64,000 nucleotides of DNA, from assembly GCA_963704725.1 (NCBI GenBank), contig OY969934.1:1856001-1920000 (forward strand), read 5' to 3'. The number at the start of each line of letters is the position of its first letter. The first letter of the stretch is position 1. Position numbers and translations under genes: made by a program. Below the pieces are notes generated by a model. It was not told the DNA's origin. It saw nothing but the letters and a program-made list of their open reading frames with translations, and did not search any database. Below, one piece after another: positions 40,059 to 49,186 of this stretch. This DNA comes from an uncultured Actinomycetes bacterium (lineage in GTDB: Bacteria; Actinomycetota; UBA4738; HRBIN12).

Positions 40059-41105
40059 GTGGGACGCACGCTGAAGGTCAAGGCTCCGCTCGCCTGGTTC
40101 GGGCCCGGCAGGCTCGTCCGTCATGCGGCGGTGATCTGCGACGGCGCGAGGATCGCGTTCGCCGGGCACTCGGCCGGCTCGCCGGCCGCCGACGATCGGA
40201 TCGAGGTCGAAGGGTTCCTGATGCCCGCGGTCGCCGACCGCCACGTGCACGTCCGGATGTCGGATCCTGGCGCCGTGCTTCTGGGCGGGGTGGCCGCCGT
40301 CCGCGACCTCGCCTGGCCGGCCGACGAGATCTTCCCCCTGGCCGACGCCTCCGAGCTGTCCAGCTTCAACGGTCCGCTGATCCGAGCGGCCGGTCCCATG
40401 CTGACCGCACGAGGTGGATACCCGACGGCGAGCGACTGGGCGCCGCCGGGAACCGGGCTCGAGCTCGAAGGCCCCGAGCATGCGAGCCGCGCGGTCGCGG
40501 AGCTCGCCTCGCTCGGGGCGGGGGCGATCAAGGTCTCCTTGAACGCGGACGCGGGCCCGACGCCCACCGACGCCGAGCTCGCCGTGATCGTCGCTGCGGC
40601 CGCCGAGCGCGACCTCCCGGTCACCGCGCACGTCCAGGGCCTCGGCCAGGCCGAGCGCGCCGTAGGGGCGGGGATCGCCGAGTTCGCCCACACGCCGTGG
40701 TCCGAGCGCCTGTCGGACGCCCTGCTCGGGGCCGCTGCGCGGTCGATGCGGATCGTCTCGACGCTCGATATCCACTCGTACGGAGAGGTCACGCCCGAGC
40801 TCCGGGTGGCCTGCGACAACCTCGTGCGGTTCCGCGCCGCCGGCGGCACGGTCGTCTACGGGACGGATCTGGGGAACGGCCCCATCCCGCCGGGTATCCA
40901 CGTCCGCGAGGCGCTGCTGCTCCACGAGGCAGTGCGGATGACGCCCGAGGAGGTCCTGGACGCGATGACCGCCCATCGGCTCGAGCCCGGCGCACCGGCC
41001 GATCTGATCGCGCTGGACCGCGACCCGCTCGAGGAGGTCGAGGCGCTCGGGTCCGTTCGTTTCGTCGTCCGAGGAGGACGGCTGGTTGCGGCCTCGCATA
41101 CCTGA
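40059..41105 (+). CDS. Amidohydrolase family protein
   Basis: LMPAVADRHVH, VRDL, TAH, YGTDLG and PADLI; start uncertain (40008, 40047 or 40059). Confidence 0.8.
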   Translation: MGRTLKVKAPLAWFGPGRLVRHAAVICDGARIAFAGHSAGSPAADDRIEVEGFLMPAVADRHVHVRMSDPGAVLLGGVAAVRDLAWPADEIFPLADASELSSFNGPLIRAAGPMLTARGGYPTASDWAPPGTGLELEGPEHASRAVAELASLGAGAIKVSLNADAGPTPTDAELAVIVAAAAERDLPVTAHVQGLGQAERAVGAGIAEFAHTPWSERLSDALLGAAARSMRIVSTLDIHSYGEVTPELRVACDNLVRFRAAGGTVVYGTDLGNGPIPPGIHVREALLLHEAVRMTPEEVLDAMTAHRLEPGAPADLIALDRDPLEEVEALGSVRFVVRGGRLVAASHT

Positions 41106-41120
41106 GTGCATAACGATGTC

Positions 41121-41345
41121 ATGGAGCGCACCAGCATCATGGCAAGGCCGGAGACGCTCGATCGGTTGCGTGCTCTCGCCCGGGACCGCGGCACGTCGCT
41201 GGCCGAGGTCGTCCGCGAGGCGCTCGAGGAGAAGGCCAGGGAATACAGGCCGAAGCCGACCTTCCTCGGCATGATGAGCTCGGGCCGCAGCAACGTGGCC
41301 CGGACGGAGGCGACCGAGCGGGTGCCGCCGCGATCGTGGCGCTGA
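41121..41345 (+). CDS. vapB: VapB-type antitoxin (ribbon-helix-helix/CopG)
   Basis: MERTSIM...LRALARDRGTSLAEVVREAL; overlaps the downstream PIN gene. Confidence 0.8.
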   Translation: MERTSIMARPETLDRLRALARDRGTSLAEVVREALEEKAREYRPKPTFLGMMSSGRSNVARTEATERVPPRSWR

Positions 41346-41752
41346 TCCTCGACACCGGACCGCTGATGGCCGCCGCGGATCGAACCGACGGTGATCACGC
41401 AGCCTGCCGGCGGCTGATCGACGAGGCGGGTGAGCTCCTCGTGATCCCCTCGCCGGTTCTCCCGGAATTCGACTATCTGTCCTCGCGTGGGGTCGGCCCA
41501 GGGCCGATGATCGCGATGCTCCGGGATATCGAAGCGGGTGCGTTGGTTGTCGAGGACCTCGAGGCGGAGGACTACGCGAGGGCTCGAGAGCTCATGGATG
41601 GGTACGCGGATCTCGACATCGGGTTCGTCGACGCGGCCGTGATGGCGATCGTCGAGCGGTTCGGCGAGACGAAGCTCGCCACCCTCGACCGCCGTCGTTT
41701 CTCGGTCATGCGCCCTCGTCACGTCGACGCGATCGAGTTGCTTCCGGCCTGA
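41336..41752 (+). CDS. vapC: VapC PIN-domain toxin
   Basis: LILDTG, VLPE, FVDAAV and LATLD acidic tetrad; 138 aa. Confidence 0.88.
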   Translation: MALILDTGPLMAAADRTDGDHAACRRLIDEAGELLVIPSPVLPEFDYLSSRGVGPGPMIAMLRDIEAGALVVEDLEAEDYARARELMDGYADLDIGFVDAAVMAIVERFGETKLATLDRRRFSVMRPRHVDAIELLPA

Positions 41753-41802
41753 CGGTCGACCAAGCGGGCCGATGAACCTGCGTGGTCATCCGGCTCGTCG
41801 GT

Positions 41803-42953
41803 TCAGAGCAGGCCGCGCAGCTCCGCGAAACAGCGGTCGACGTCCGTCTCGGTGTTGAAGAAGTGCGGGCTGATGCGGAGTCCGTCGCCGCGGATAGTCG
41901 GTGCAGACGTCCCGCTCGAGCAGCGCGTGGCAGATCCTGTCGGCATCCGGTCCCACGCCGACGTTCACGATCCCGCCGCGCGCGCTTTCGGTCCCGGGGC
42001 GTCCGAACGGGCAGGCCGAGCTCGTCGGCGCGCGCGATGACGTGGTCGGTGAGCTCGCCCTGCCGATCCCGGATCCGCTCGGGCGTCACCTCCGCGATGA
42101 CGTCGAGGCCGCCCTGTGCCAGGAAGTACACGGGCGCCGGAGGCGTCCCGTGCTCGAACCGCCGCGCGGTGGGGTGGTACTCGAGGTGCTGCGCGTCGAA
42201 CGAGAACGGGTCGGCCGTCCCGAACCACCCGGTGACCGCGGGCTCGAGCGTGGGGATCACCGCGCGCCGGACGTACAGGAACGCCAGCCCCGGGCCGCCG
42301 CAGAGCCACTTCAGGACCCCGGCCGCGTAGACGTCGCACCCCACGTCGTGCAGGTCGAGCGGGACGATCCCGATCCCGTGGTAGTCGTCGAGGAACGACA
42401 GGGCCCCGCGCTCGCGCGCGATCCGGCAAACCTCCTTGGCGTCGACGATGGCGCTCGAGCGGTACAGGACGCGGTTGACCATGACGACGGCGGTGCGGTC
42501 GTCGATCGCCCGGTCGTACTCCTCCAGCGGGATCGTGAGGCCGTCGGGGGAGCGGAGCCACTCGATCTCGACGCCGCGCTTGCGCTGCGCCAGCCATACA
42601 TGCCCGTCGGTGGGGAAGTCGAGCTCGGACAGCACGACCTTGTTCCGCTCGCCGAAGTCCAGGGCCGAGGCGATCGTGGCGATCGCGATCGAGATGTTGG
42701 TCGTGATGGCGAGCTCGTCCCCGTCGCAGCCGGCCAGGCGCGCGAACGTCTCCTTCAGCCCCCGCATCCGCGGGAAGATGTCCTCGAACCACACGTGGTC
42801 CGGGGCGCCCTTCGTCGCCCACGCGTCGAGGTAGCCGTCGAGGAGGGCGCGACCCCTCGTCGAGATCGGCCCCAGGGACGCGCTGATCAGGTACGTCTTG
42901 CGGGCGAGCACCGGGAACTCGTCCCGGTAGGACTCCAGGCTCCGGTCAGCCGT
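41803..42953 (-). pseudogene. Class V PLP aminotransferase (kynureninase-like) with two frameshifts near the 3' end
   Basis: YRDEFPVL, DFPT, DDYHG, LKWLCGGPG, GWFG and RFEHGTP; the C-terminus (RGGIV...TDY-RGDGLRISPHFFNT) is recovered by removing one base at 41986-41988 and one at 41892-41893. Apparent start codon is ACG at 42953. Confidence 0.75.
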
Positions 42954-43257
42954 CGTCGCCGTCGGCCTCCTCGGCGTCCTCCTGCGACTCGTGCTCGAGG
43001 AGGTACCCGACGTACAGGGGGCGGAGGGCGTCGGCGAGGTCGCCCCGATCGGCGTCGATCAGGTCGTTCAGGAGCGCGAGCGGCCGCATGATGTCGGTCT
43101 CGCTGCGCGCCTCGTCCCCGACGGCGGCGCGCGCCTCGGGGATCGTGCGGAGCAGGTCCCACAGGAACCCGACGTCGAGGCGGCGCCACGCGAGCCGGGT
43201 GGCGCGGTCGTGCAGCTCGGGCGACGGTAGGGCTTCCAGTTCCTCGCGGGTCGCCAT
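42946..43257 (-). CDS. Hypothetical protein (103 aa)
   Basis: MATREELEALPSPELHDRA...LRPLYVGYLLEH; GC3-rich codons; operon position between the peptidase and aminotransferase genes. Confidence 0.75.
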   Translation of the reverse strand: MATREELEALPSPELHDRATRLAWRRLDVGFLWDLLRTIPEARAAVGDEARSETDIMRPLALLNDLIDADRGDLADALRPLYVGYLLEHESQEDAEEADGDDG

Positions 43258-43268
43258 TCGAGACCAGC

Positions 43269-45242
43269 CTAGCGGTTCGGCGGCATGAACCGCTCGAACC
43301 AGCCGACCATCCGCGTGCACAGGTCGATGACGGTGGGGAAGGCCCGGACGCCGTGGCCCTCCTCGGGGTACAGGACGAGCTCGGTCTCGACGCCGCTCCA
43401 CCGCAGGGCTCGGAAGAACTCGACGGCCTGCCCCGGCGGGGTGCACCGGTCCTTCAGCCCGGCGGTGATGAGCGTCGGCGTCCGCACGCGGTCGGCGAAC
43501 ATCACCGGGCTGCGGTCGCGGTACGGGCCCGCGGCGTCCGTGGGCTCCGCCGCCAGGAAGTCGGCGTCCCACCGTCCGATGTTGCTGTTGAAGTGCTGGC
43601 TGTACCAATCGGTCACCGGCGAGACGGCCACCGAGGCGGCGAACCGCCGGTCGAGCGTCGGCAGCCAGCAGGACATGAACCCGCCGTAGGAGCCGCCGGT
43701 GACACCGATGCGTTCGGGATCGGCGACGCCCCGAGCGACGAGGGCGTCGATCCCGGCGAGGACGTCGGCCGCGTCCGCGCCGCCCATGTCCCCCACCACC
43801 TTCGAGGCGAAGTCCCGGCCGCGACCGGCGGATCCGCGCGGGTTGGGCATGAACACGGCGTAGCCCCTGGCGACGAGGGGATGCACGGAGTGCCGGGGCC
43901 ACCGGTTGGTGAACGCCCACACGGGGCCTCCGTGGACGTTGACGATCAGGGCGTGCGGGCCGGGCCGGTCGGGGAGCAGGAGCAGCCCTTCGATCTCGAG
44001 CCCGTCCGGCGCCGTCCAGGTGACCCGCTCCGTGCGTCCCACCGCGCCGGCCAGGAACCGCGTGCCGTCGTGCTCGAAGCTCGCCACGGTGCGGGTCCGC
44101 CCGCCGCGGACCTCGGCGATCGCGGGGGGATGGTCGGACGCCTCGAGCACGATGGCGAACGCGTCGCCTTCGACCGGCCGGGCGGACGGGAACCACCCGC
44201 CTCCTCCGTCGGTGCTCGTCCAGCGTTCGTCGAAGGCGCCGGTGGCCGCGTCGACGACGCCGACGACCGTCTCCATCCCCCGGAGCCCGGCGACGAGGGC
44301 CCGGTCCCCATCGATCCACGCGACGTCGGACACGTCGACCGCTCCCGTGTCGACCCTCACCACGCCGGCGCTCCCCGGGTCGACGAGGAGCAGCGTCCCC
44401 GCGACCAGCATGCGATCGCTGCAGAGCGCCTCGATGATCGCCCCGCGCGATCCCTCCGCGTTCGCCGCCGGAACGCCGAGCTGGACGTCGCTGCGGGCCA
44501 GCTCGCGCGCCGAGCCGGTGGCGAGGTCGATCGTCACGAGCGTGGCGTCGTACCAGGCGTCCTCGCCCGGCGCGTCGGAGACGACGGCCAGCACCGCGTC
44601 GGGACCACACCAGGTGGCCTCCCAGACGTTGGCCTTCTCGCCCGACAGCCGGCGCAGGGTTCCGGACGCGACGTCGAGGACCCACAGCCGGCGCCGGTCG
44701 TTCTCGCCGGCCCCGTCCTCGACGGCGGGGACCCACGCGGGCAGCTCCAGGGCGTCGCTCGTGACGCCGGATCCGGAGGCTCCCGCCTGGTCGGCCCCCA
44801 GGCCGGCCGAGCCGAGCAGCAGCCGTGCGCCGTCGGGCGACCACGCCAGGGACTCCACGGTCCCCTCGACCTCGGGCAGCGCGTCGGCCTCGCCGATCCG
44901 ATCGGCGTCCAGGAGGTACGCCTGCATCCGGCCGCGGTTCCTCCGGTCCGACAGGAACGCGATCCGGCGGCCGTCGGGCGACCATCGGGCGTGGCGGTCG
45001 TCGTGGGGTCCGGCCGAGATCTCGCGGAGCTCCCCGCTCTGCAGGTCGACCAGGCAGATCCGTCCCACCGGCGCCCCTTCGAGCGCGTCCAGGCGATCGC
45101 CGGTGAAGGCCGCTCGGCGCCCGTCCGGCGCGATGTCGAGGTCGACCACACCGGTGACGCGGCCGAACCCGGGCTCGAGGACGCGCCGGAAGTGCTCCTC
45201 GAGCTCGCGGTACCGGGCGGTCTGCCGGAGGTCTCGATCCAC
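43269..45242 (-). CDS. S9 family (prolyl oligopeptidase/acylaminoacyl peptidase) serine peptidase
   Basis: WSPDG propeller repeats, VHGGP, NPRGS, GGSYGG, D(RC) and EGH; GTG 45242 lies 6 nt after TATCCT. Confidence 0.92.
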   Translation of the reverse strand: MDRDLRQTARYRELEEHFRRVLEPGFGRVTGVVDLDIAPDGRRAAFTGDRLDALEGAPVGRICLVDLQSGELREISAGPHDDRHARWSPDGRRIAFLSDRRNRGRMQAYLLDADRIGEADALPEVEGTVESLAWSPDGARLLLGSAGLGADQAGASGSGVTSDALELPAWVPAVEDGAGENDRRRLWVLDVASGTLRRLSGEKANVWEATWCGPDAVLAVVSDAPGEDAWYDATLVTIDLATGSARELARSDVQLGVPAANAEGSRGAIIEALCSDRMLVAGTLLLVDPGSAGVVRVDTGAVDVSDVAWIDGDRALVAGLRGMETVVGVVDAATGAFDERWTSTDGGGGWFPSARPVEGDAFAIVLEASDHPPAIAEVRGGRTRTVASFEHDGTRFLAGAVGRTERVTWTAPDGLEIEGLLLLPDRPGPHALIVNVHGGPVWAFTNRWPRHSVHPLVARGYAVFMPNPRGSAGRGRDFASKVVGDMGGADAADVLAGIDALVARGVADPERIGVTGGSYGGFMSCWLPTLDRRFAASVAVSPVTDWYSQHFNSNIGRWDADFLAAEPTDAAGPYRDRSPVMFADRVRTPTLITAGLKDRCTPPGQAVEFFRALRWSGVETELVLYPEEGHGVRAFPTVIDLCTRMVGWFERFMPPNR

Positions 45243-45283
45243 CGCCCGAGGATAGCCCGAGGCGTCCGGCCGGGTCGGCCGGG

Positions 45284-46186
45284 CTAAGGACGATCGGGCC
45301 GAGGCGGCGGGGGGAGCACGAGGCGCTCCGGGAGGGGCATCGGGGGCATCTCGCCCGTGGCGGGCCCCCGGGCGACGCGCACCGCGATCACCAGTCCGAC
45401 CAGGAGCGGCGCCACCTTCAGCGCCACGAACGCGGCGGGCAGGTCCTGGGCCGAGGAGAACGCCCACCCCACCACCCCGATCGTCACGAAGTTCCAGAGG
45501 GTGTGGACACCCGTCGCGAACCACACCGACCCGGTCGAGACGCGGATCTTGCACAGGAAGACGCCGAACCCGAACAGCACGACGAGCGCCACGGCGATCT
45601 GCCCGGGCGGCTCGTTCGCCTGCGCGAGGGCCGGCACGTGGGCCGCCGCGAACAGAGCGCTCCCCGCGAGCACCGCGGATCGGCCGCCCAGGCGACGCGT
45701 CAGGCCGTGCAGGAGGAATCCGCGGAACAGGACCTCCTCGGTCAGGGCGGCCAGGAAGAGGCCGGTCATGACGAGCCCGATCACGGCCGAGCCTCGGGAG
45801 GAGACCTCGGGGATCCCCACCGTCAGCACCGTCGCGAAGAGGAAGACCCCGAGGGGCACCGTCCCCCAGCGCGTCGCGGTCCCGGGAACCAACCCCGAGG
45901 CCCGCCGCCACCCGAGCGTGGCGACGATGGCGAGGGTCACCGCCAGCGTGATGGCGCTCGGGACGACGAGCTGCCGCACGACGACCCCCGTGGCCGAGCC
46001 GTAGGCCGAGACGTACATGGGCCCTCGCGCGACGGCGGCGAAGATGGCGAACTCGGCGCCCATGGCCAGGCCGAGCGTGCCGATGACCGCCCAGGTCGAG
46101 AGCTCGGTCTCCAGCCGGGGCGCGACGGGCGGCCAGCGGGGCGACGGCACCGCCCCCGACCGGACCGATCCCGCGACGGCGCCCAT
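45284..46186 (-). CDS. CPBP/Abi family intramembrane glutamic protease
   Basis: [12 protein letters not shown] and HTLWN motifs in a multi-TM protein. Confidence 0.85.
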   Translation of the reverse strand: MGAVAGSVRSGAVPSPRWPPVAPRLETELSTWAVIGTLGLAMGAEFAIFAAVARGPMYVSAYGSATGVVVRQLVVPSAITLAVTLAIVATLGWRRASGLVPGTATRWGTVPLGVFLFATVLTVGIPEVSSRGSAVIGLVMTGLFLAALTEEVLFRGFLLHGLTRRLGGRSAVLAGSALFAAAHVPALAQANEPPGQIAVALVVLFGFGVFLCKIRVSTGSVWFATGVHTLWNFVTIGVVGWAFSSAQDLPAAFVALKVAPLLVGLVIAVRVARGPATGEMPPMPLPERLVLPPPPRPDRP

Positions 46187-46246
46187 GGCTCAGGCATCGG
46201 CCGGGCGCGGGGGGCGCTTGACCCCGGGCGGGGCCCCGCCGGGCCT

Positions 46247-46267
46247 TGTCGGAGGCCCCCGTAGAAT
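46247..46267 (+). promoter_or_regulatory. PafBC-like promoter TGTCGG-N9-TAGAAT (leaderless uvrA)
   Basis: Both elements match, but the spacer is 9 nt and contains a C5 run; GTG follows 6 nt later. Confidence 0.6.
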
Positions 46268-46273
46268 GCCCCC

Positions 46274-49138
46274 GTGGGCACCGACACGCTCGTGATCCAC
46301 GGCGCCCGTGAACACAACCTCAGGAACGTCACGCTCGAGCTTCCCCGCGACAAACTGATCGTGTTCACGGGTCTGTCCGGCTCCGGGAAGAGCTCGCTCG
46401 CCTTCGACACGATCTACGCGGAGGGGCAGCGACGCTACGTGGAGTCGCTGTCGGCCTACGCCCGGCAGTTCCTGGGGCAGATGGAGAAGCCCGACGTCGA
46501 CTTCATCGAGGGCCTCTCGCCGGCGATCTCGATCGACCAGAAGTCGACCTCCAAGAACCCCCGGTCCACCGTGGGCACGATCACCGAGATCTACGACTAC
46601 CTGCGGGTGCTGTACGCGAGGATCGGCCACCCGCACTGCCCGAAGTGCGGCCGACCCATCGGACGCCAGACGCCCGAGCAGATCGTCGATCAGGTCATGC
46701 AGCTCCCGGAGGGGACGCGGTTCCAGGTCCTCGCACCGGTCGTCCGGGGCCGCAAGGGCGAGTACGAGAAGCTGCTGCAGGATCTGGCCAAGAAGGGCTT
46801 CGTGCGCGCCCGGGTCGACGGCGAGGTGCGCGACCTGTCCGAGATGATCCGCCTCCCGCGGAACTACAAGCACACGATCGAGGTCGTGGTGGACCGTCTG
46901 GTCGCCAAGCCCGACATCCGCCGGCGCGTCGCCGACTCGATCGAAGCGGCGCTCCGCCTGACCGAGGGGATGGCCTCGATCGCCGTGCAGACGCACGAGG
47001 GCGAGGACGTCCAGACCTTCAGCCAGTCGCTCGCCTGCACGTACGACGGGCTTAGCTTCGAGGAGCTGCAGCCCAGGAACTTCTCGTTCAACTCGCCGTA
47101 CGGGGCCTGCCCGACCTGCGACGGCCTGGGGACCCGGCTCGAGGTCGACGCGGAGCTCGTCGTGCCCGATCCCGACCTGTCGATCGAGGACGGCGCGATC
47201 GCCCCGTGGGCCGGCTCGCGCCTGGAGTACTGGTACCGCGTGCTCGAGGCCGTGGCCGAGGCCCACGGGTTCTCCATGCGGACGCCGTGGAAGAAGCTGT
47301 CGAAGAAGGCCCGGGACGTCCTGCTCCTCGGCTCGGAGGAGGAGATCTACGTCCGGTACAAGAACCGGTACGGGCGGACGCGCTCCTACTGGACGACCTA
47401 CGAGGGGGTCCTGCCCGCCACCTCGCGCCGGCACGCCGAGACCGACTCGGACAGCCAGCGGGAGAAGCTCGAGCAGTTCATGCGGGAGGTGCCGTGCCGA
47501 TCGTGCGGCGGCGCCAGGCTGAAGCCGGAGACCCTCGCGGTGACCGTGGGCGACCGCAACATCGCGCAGCTCACGAACCTGTCGATCCGCGACACGCTGG
47601 CCTTCACGGCCACGGTCCAGCTCACCGAGCGCGAGCACATGATCGCCGAGCGCCTGATCAAGGAGATCCGCGAGCGCCTGCAGTTCCTGGTCGACGTGGG
47701 GCTCGACTACCTGACCCTGTCGCGGGCCTCGGGCACCCTGGCCGGGGGGGAAGCTCAACGCATCCGCCTGGCCACGCAGATCGGGAGCGGGCTCGTCGGC
47801 GTCCTGTACATCCTCGACGAGCCGTCGATCGGGCTGCACCAGCGGGACAACCGCCGGTTGATCGACACGCTCGTCCGCCTGCGGGACCTGGGGAACACGC
47901 TCATCGTCGTCGAGCACGACGAGGCGACGATCGAGGCGGCCGACCACATCGTCGACATCGGCCCGGGGGCCGGGGCCGCCGGGGGCGAGATCGTCTACAC
48001 GGGGAACCTCAAGGGCCTGCTCGAGAGCGAGACCTCGCTCACCGGCATGTTCCTGTCCGGCCGCCGGGTCATCCCGACGCCCGAGGTCCGTCGGGCCCCG
48101 GGTGACCGGTGGCTGAAGGTGCTCGGCGCCCGCCAGCACAACCTCAAGAACGTGGACCTGCAGATCCCGCTCGGCCTGTTCGTGTGCATCACCGGCGTGA
48201 GCGGCTCGGGCAAATCGACGCTGGTGCAGGAGGTGCTGCTCCGGGCGCTGATGCAGAAGGTCTACCGGTCGCGAGCGTTGCCCGGGAAGCACCGCCGGCT
48301 GGTGGGGTGGGAGCGGATCGACAAGGTGATCGACATCGACCAGTCGCCGATCGGGCGAACGCCGCGGTCCAACCCCGCCACCTACACCGGGGTGTTCGAT
48401 CACGTCCGGACGCTGTTCAGCCAGGTGCCCGAGGCCCGGGTCCGCGGCTACCAGCCGGGCCGGTTCTCGTTCAACGTCCGCGGCGGGCGGTGCGAGAACT
48501 GCGCGGGCGACGGCCAGATCAAGATCGAGATGCACTTCCTGCCCGACGTGTACGTCACGTGCGAGGTGTGCAAGGGCCACCGCTACAACCGCGAGACCCT
48601 CGAGGTGCGGTACAAGAACCGTTCGATCGCCGACGTCCTCGAGATGAGCGTCGACGAGGGGCTCGAGTTCTTCCGGAACATCCCGGTGATCAATCGACAC
48701 CTGCAGACGCTCTCGGACGTCGGGCTGGGGTACGTGAAGCTCGGACAGCCCGCTCCCACGCTCTCGGGAGGCGAGGCCCAGCGGATCAAGCTCTCGTCCG
48801 AGCTGCAGAAGCGGGCCACCGGCAACACGCTCTACGTCCTGGACGAGCCCACGACCGGGTTGCACTTCGAGGACGTCCGCAAGCTGCTGAACGTCCTGCA
48901 GCGGCTGGTCTCGCAGGGCAACACCGTCCTCGTGATCGAGCACAACCTCGACGTGGTGAAGACGGCGGACTGGATCGTCGACCTCGGCCCCGAGGGCGGC
49001 GACGGAGGCGGCGAGGTCGTCGTCGCCGGCCCGCCCGAGGAGGTTGCGGCGCATCCGACGTCGCACACGGGCCGGTTCCTCGGGGAGGTGCTCGGCACCC
49101 TGCCGTTCGAGCCGGTCGGCGCCCGCCGAGACGCCTAG
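46274..49138 (+). CDS. uvrA: Excinuclease ABC subunit A
   Basis: [16 protein letters not shown], zinc fingers, second Walker [10 protein letters not shown] and LSGGEAQR. Confidence 0.97.
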   Translation: MGTDTLVIHGAREHNLRNVTLELPRDKLIVFTGLSGSGKSSLAFDTIYAEGQRRYVESLSAYARQFLGQMEKPDVDFIEGLSPAISIDQKSTSKNPRSTVGTITEIYDYLRVLYARIGHPHCPKCGRPIGRQTPEQIVDQVMQLPEGTRFQVLAPVVRGRKGEYEKLLQDLAKKGFVRARVDGEVRDLSEMIRLPRNYKHTIEVVVDRLVAKPDIRRRVADSIEAALRLTEGMASIAVQTHEGEDVQTFSQSLACTYDGLSFEELQPRNFSFNSPYGACPTCDGLGTRLEVDAELVVPDPDLSIEDGAIAPWAGSRLEYWYRVLEAVAEAHGFSMRTPWKKLSKKARDVLLLGSEEEIYVRYKNRYGRTRSYWTTYEGVLPATSRRHAETDSDSQREKLEQFMREVPCRSCGGARLKPETLAVTVGDRNIAQLTNLSIRDTLAFTATVQLTEREHMIAERLIKEIRERLQFLVDVGLDYLTLSRASGTLAGGEAQRIRLATQIGSGLVGVLYILDEPSIGLHQRDNRRLIDTLVRLRDLGNTLIVVEHDEATIEAADHIVDIGPGAGAAGGEIVYTGNLKGLLESETSLTGMFLSGRRVIPTPEVRRAPGDRWLKVLGARQHNLKNVDLQIPLGLFVCITGVSGSGKSTLVQEVLLRALMQKVYRSRALPGKHRRLVGWERIDKVIDIDQSPIGRTPRSNPATYTGVFDHVRTLFSQVPEARVRGYQPGRFSFNVRGGRCENCAGDGQIKIEMHFLPDVYVTCEVCKGHRYNRETLEVRYKNRSIADVLEMSVDEGLEFFRNIPVINRHLQTLSDVGLGYVKLGQPAPTLSGGEAQRIKLSSELQKRATGNTLYVLDEPTTGLHFEDVRKLLNVLQRLVSQGNTVLVIEHNLDVVKTADWIVDLGPEGGDGGGEVVVAGPPEEVAAHPTSHTGRFLGEVLGTLPFEPVGARRDA

Positions 49139-49186
49139 GCCCGCGTGCGCTCGTGCCGCAGGGTCCTTGCTAGGATTGCGCCCCGC

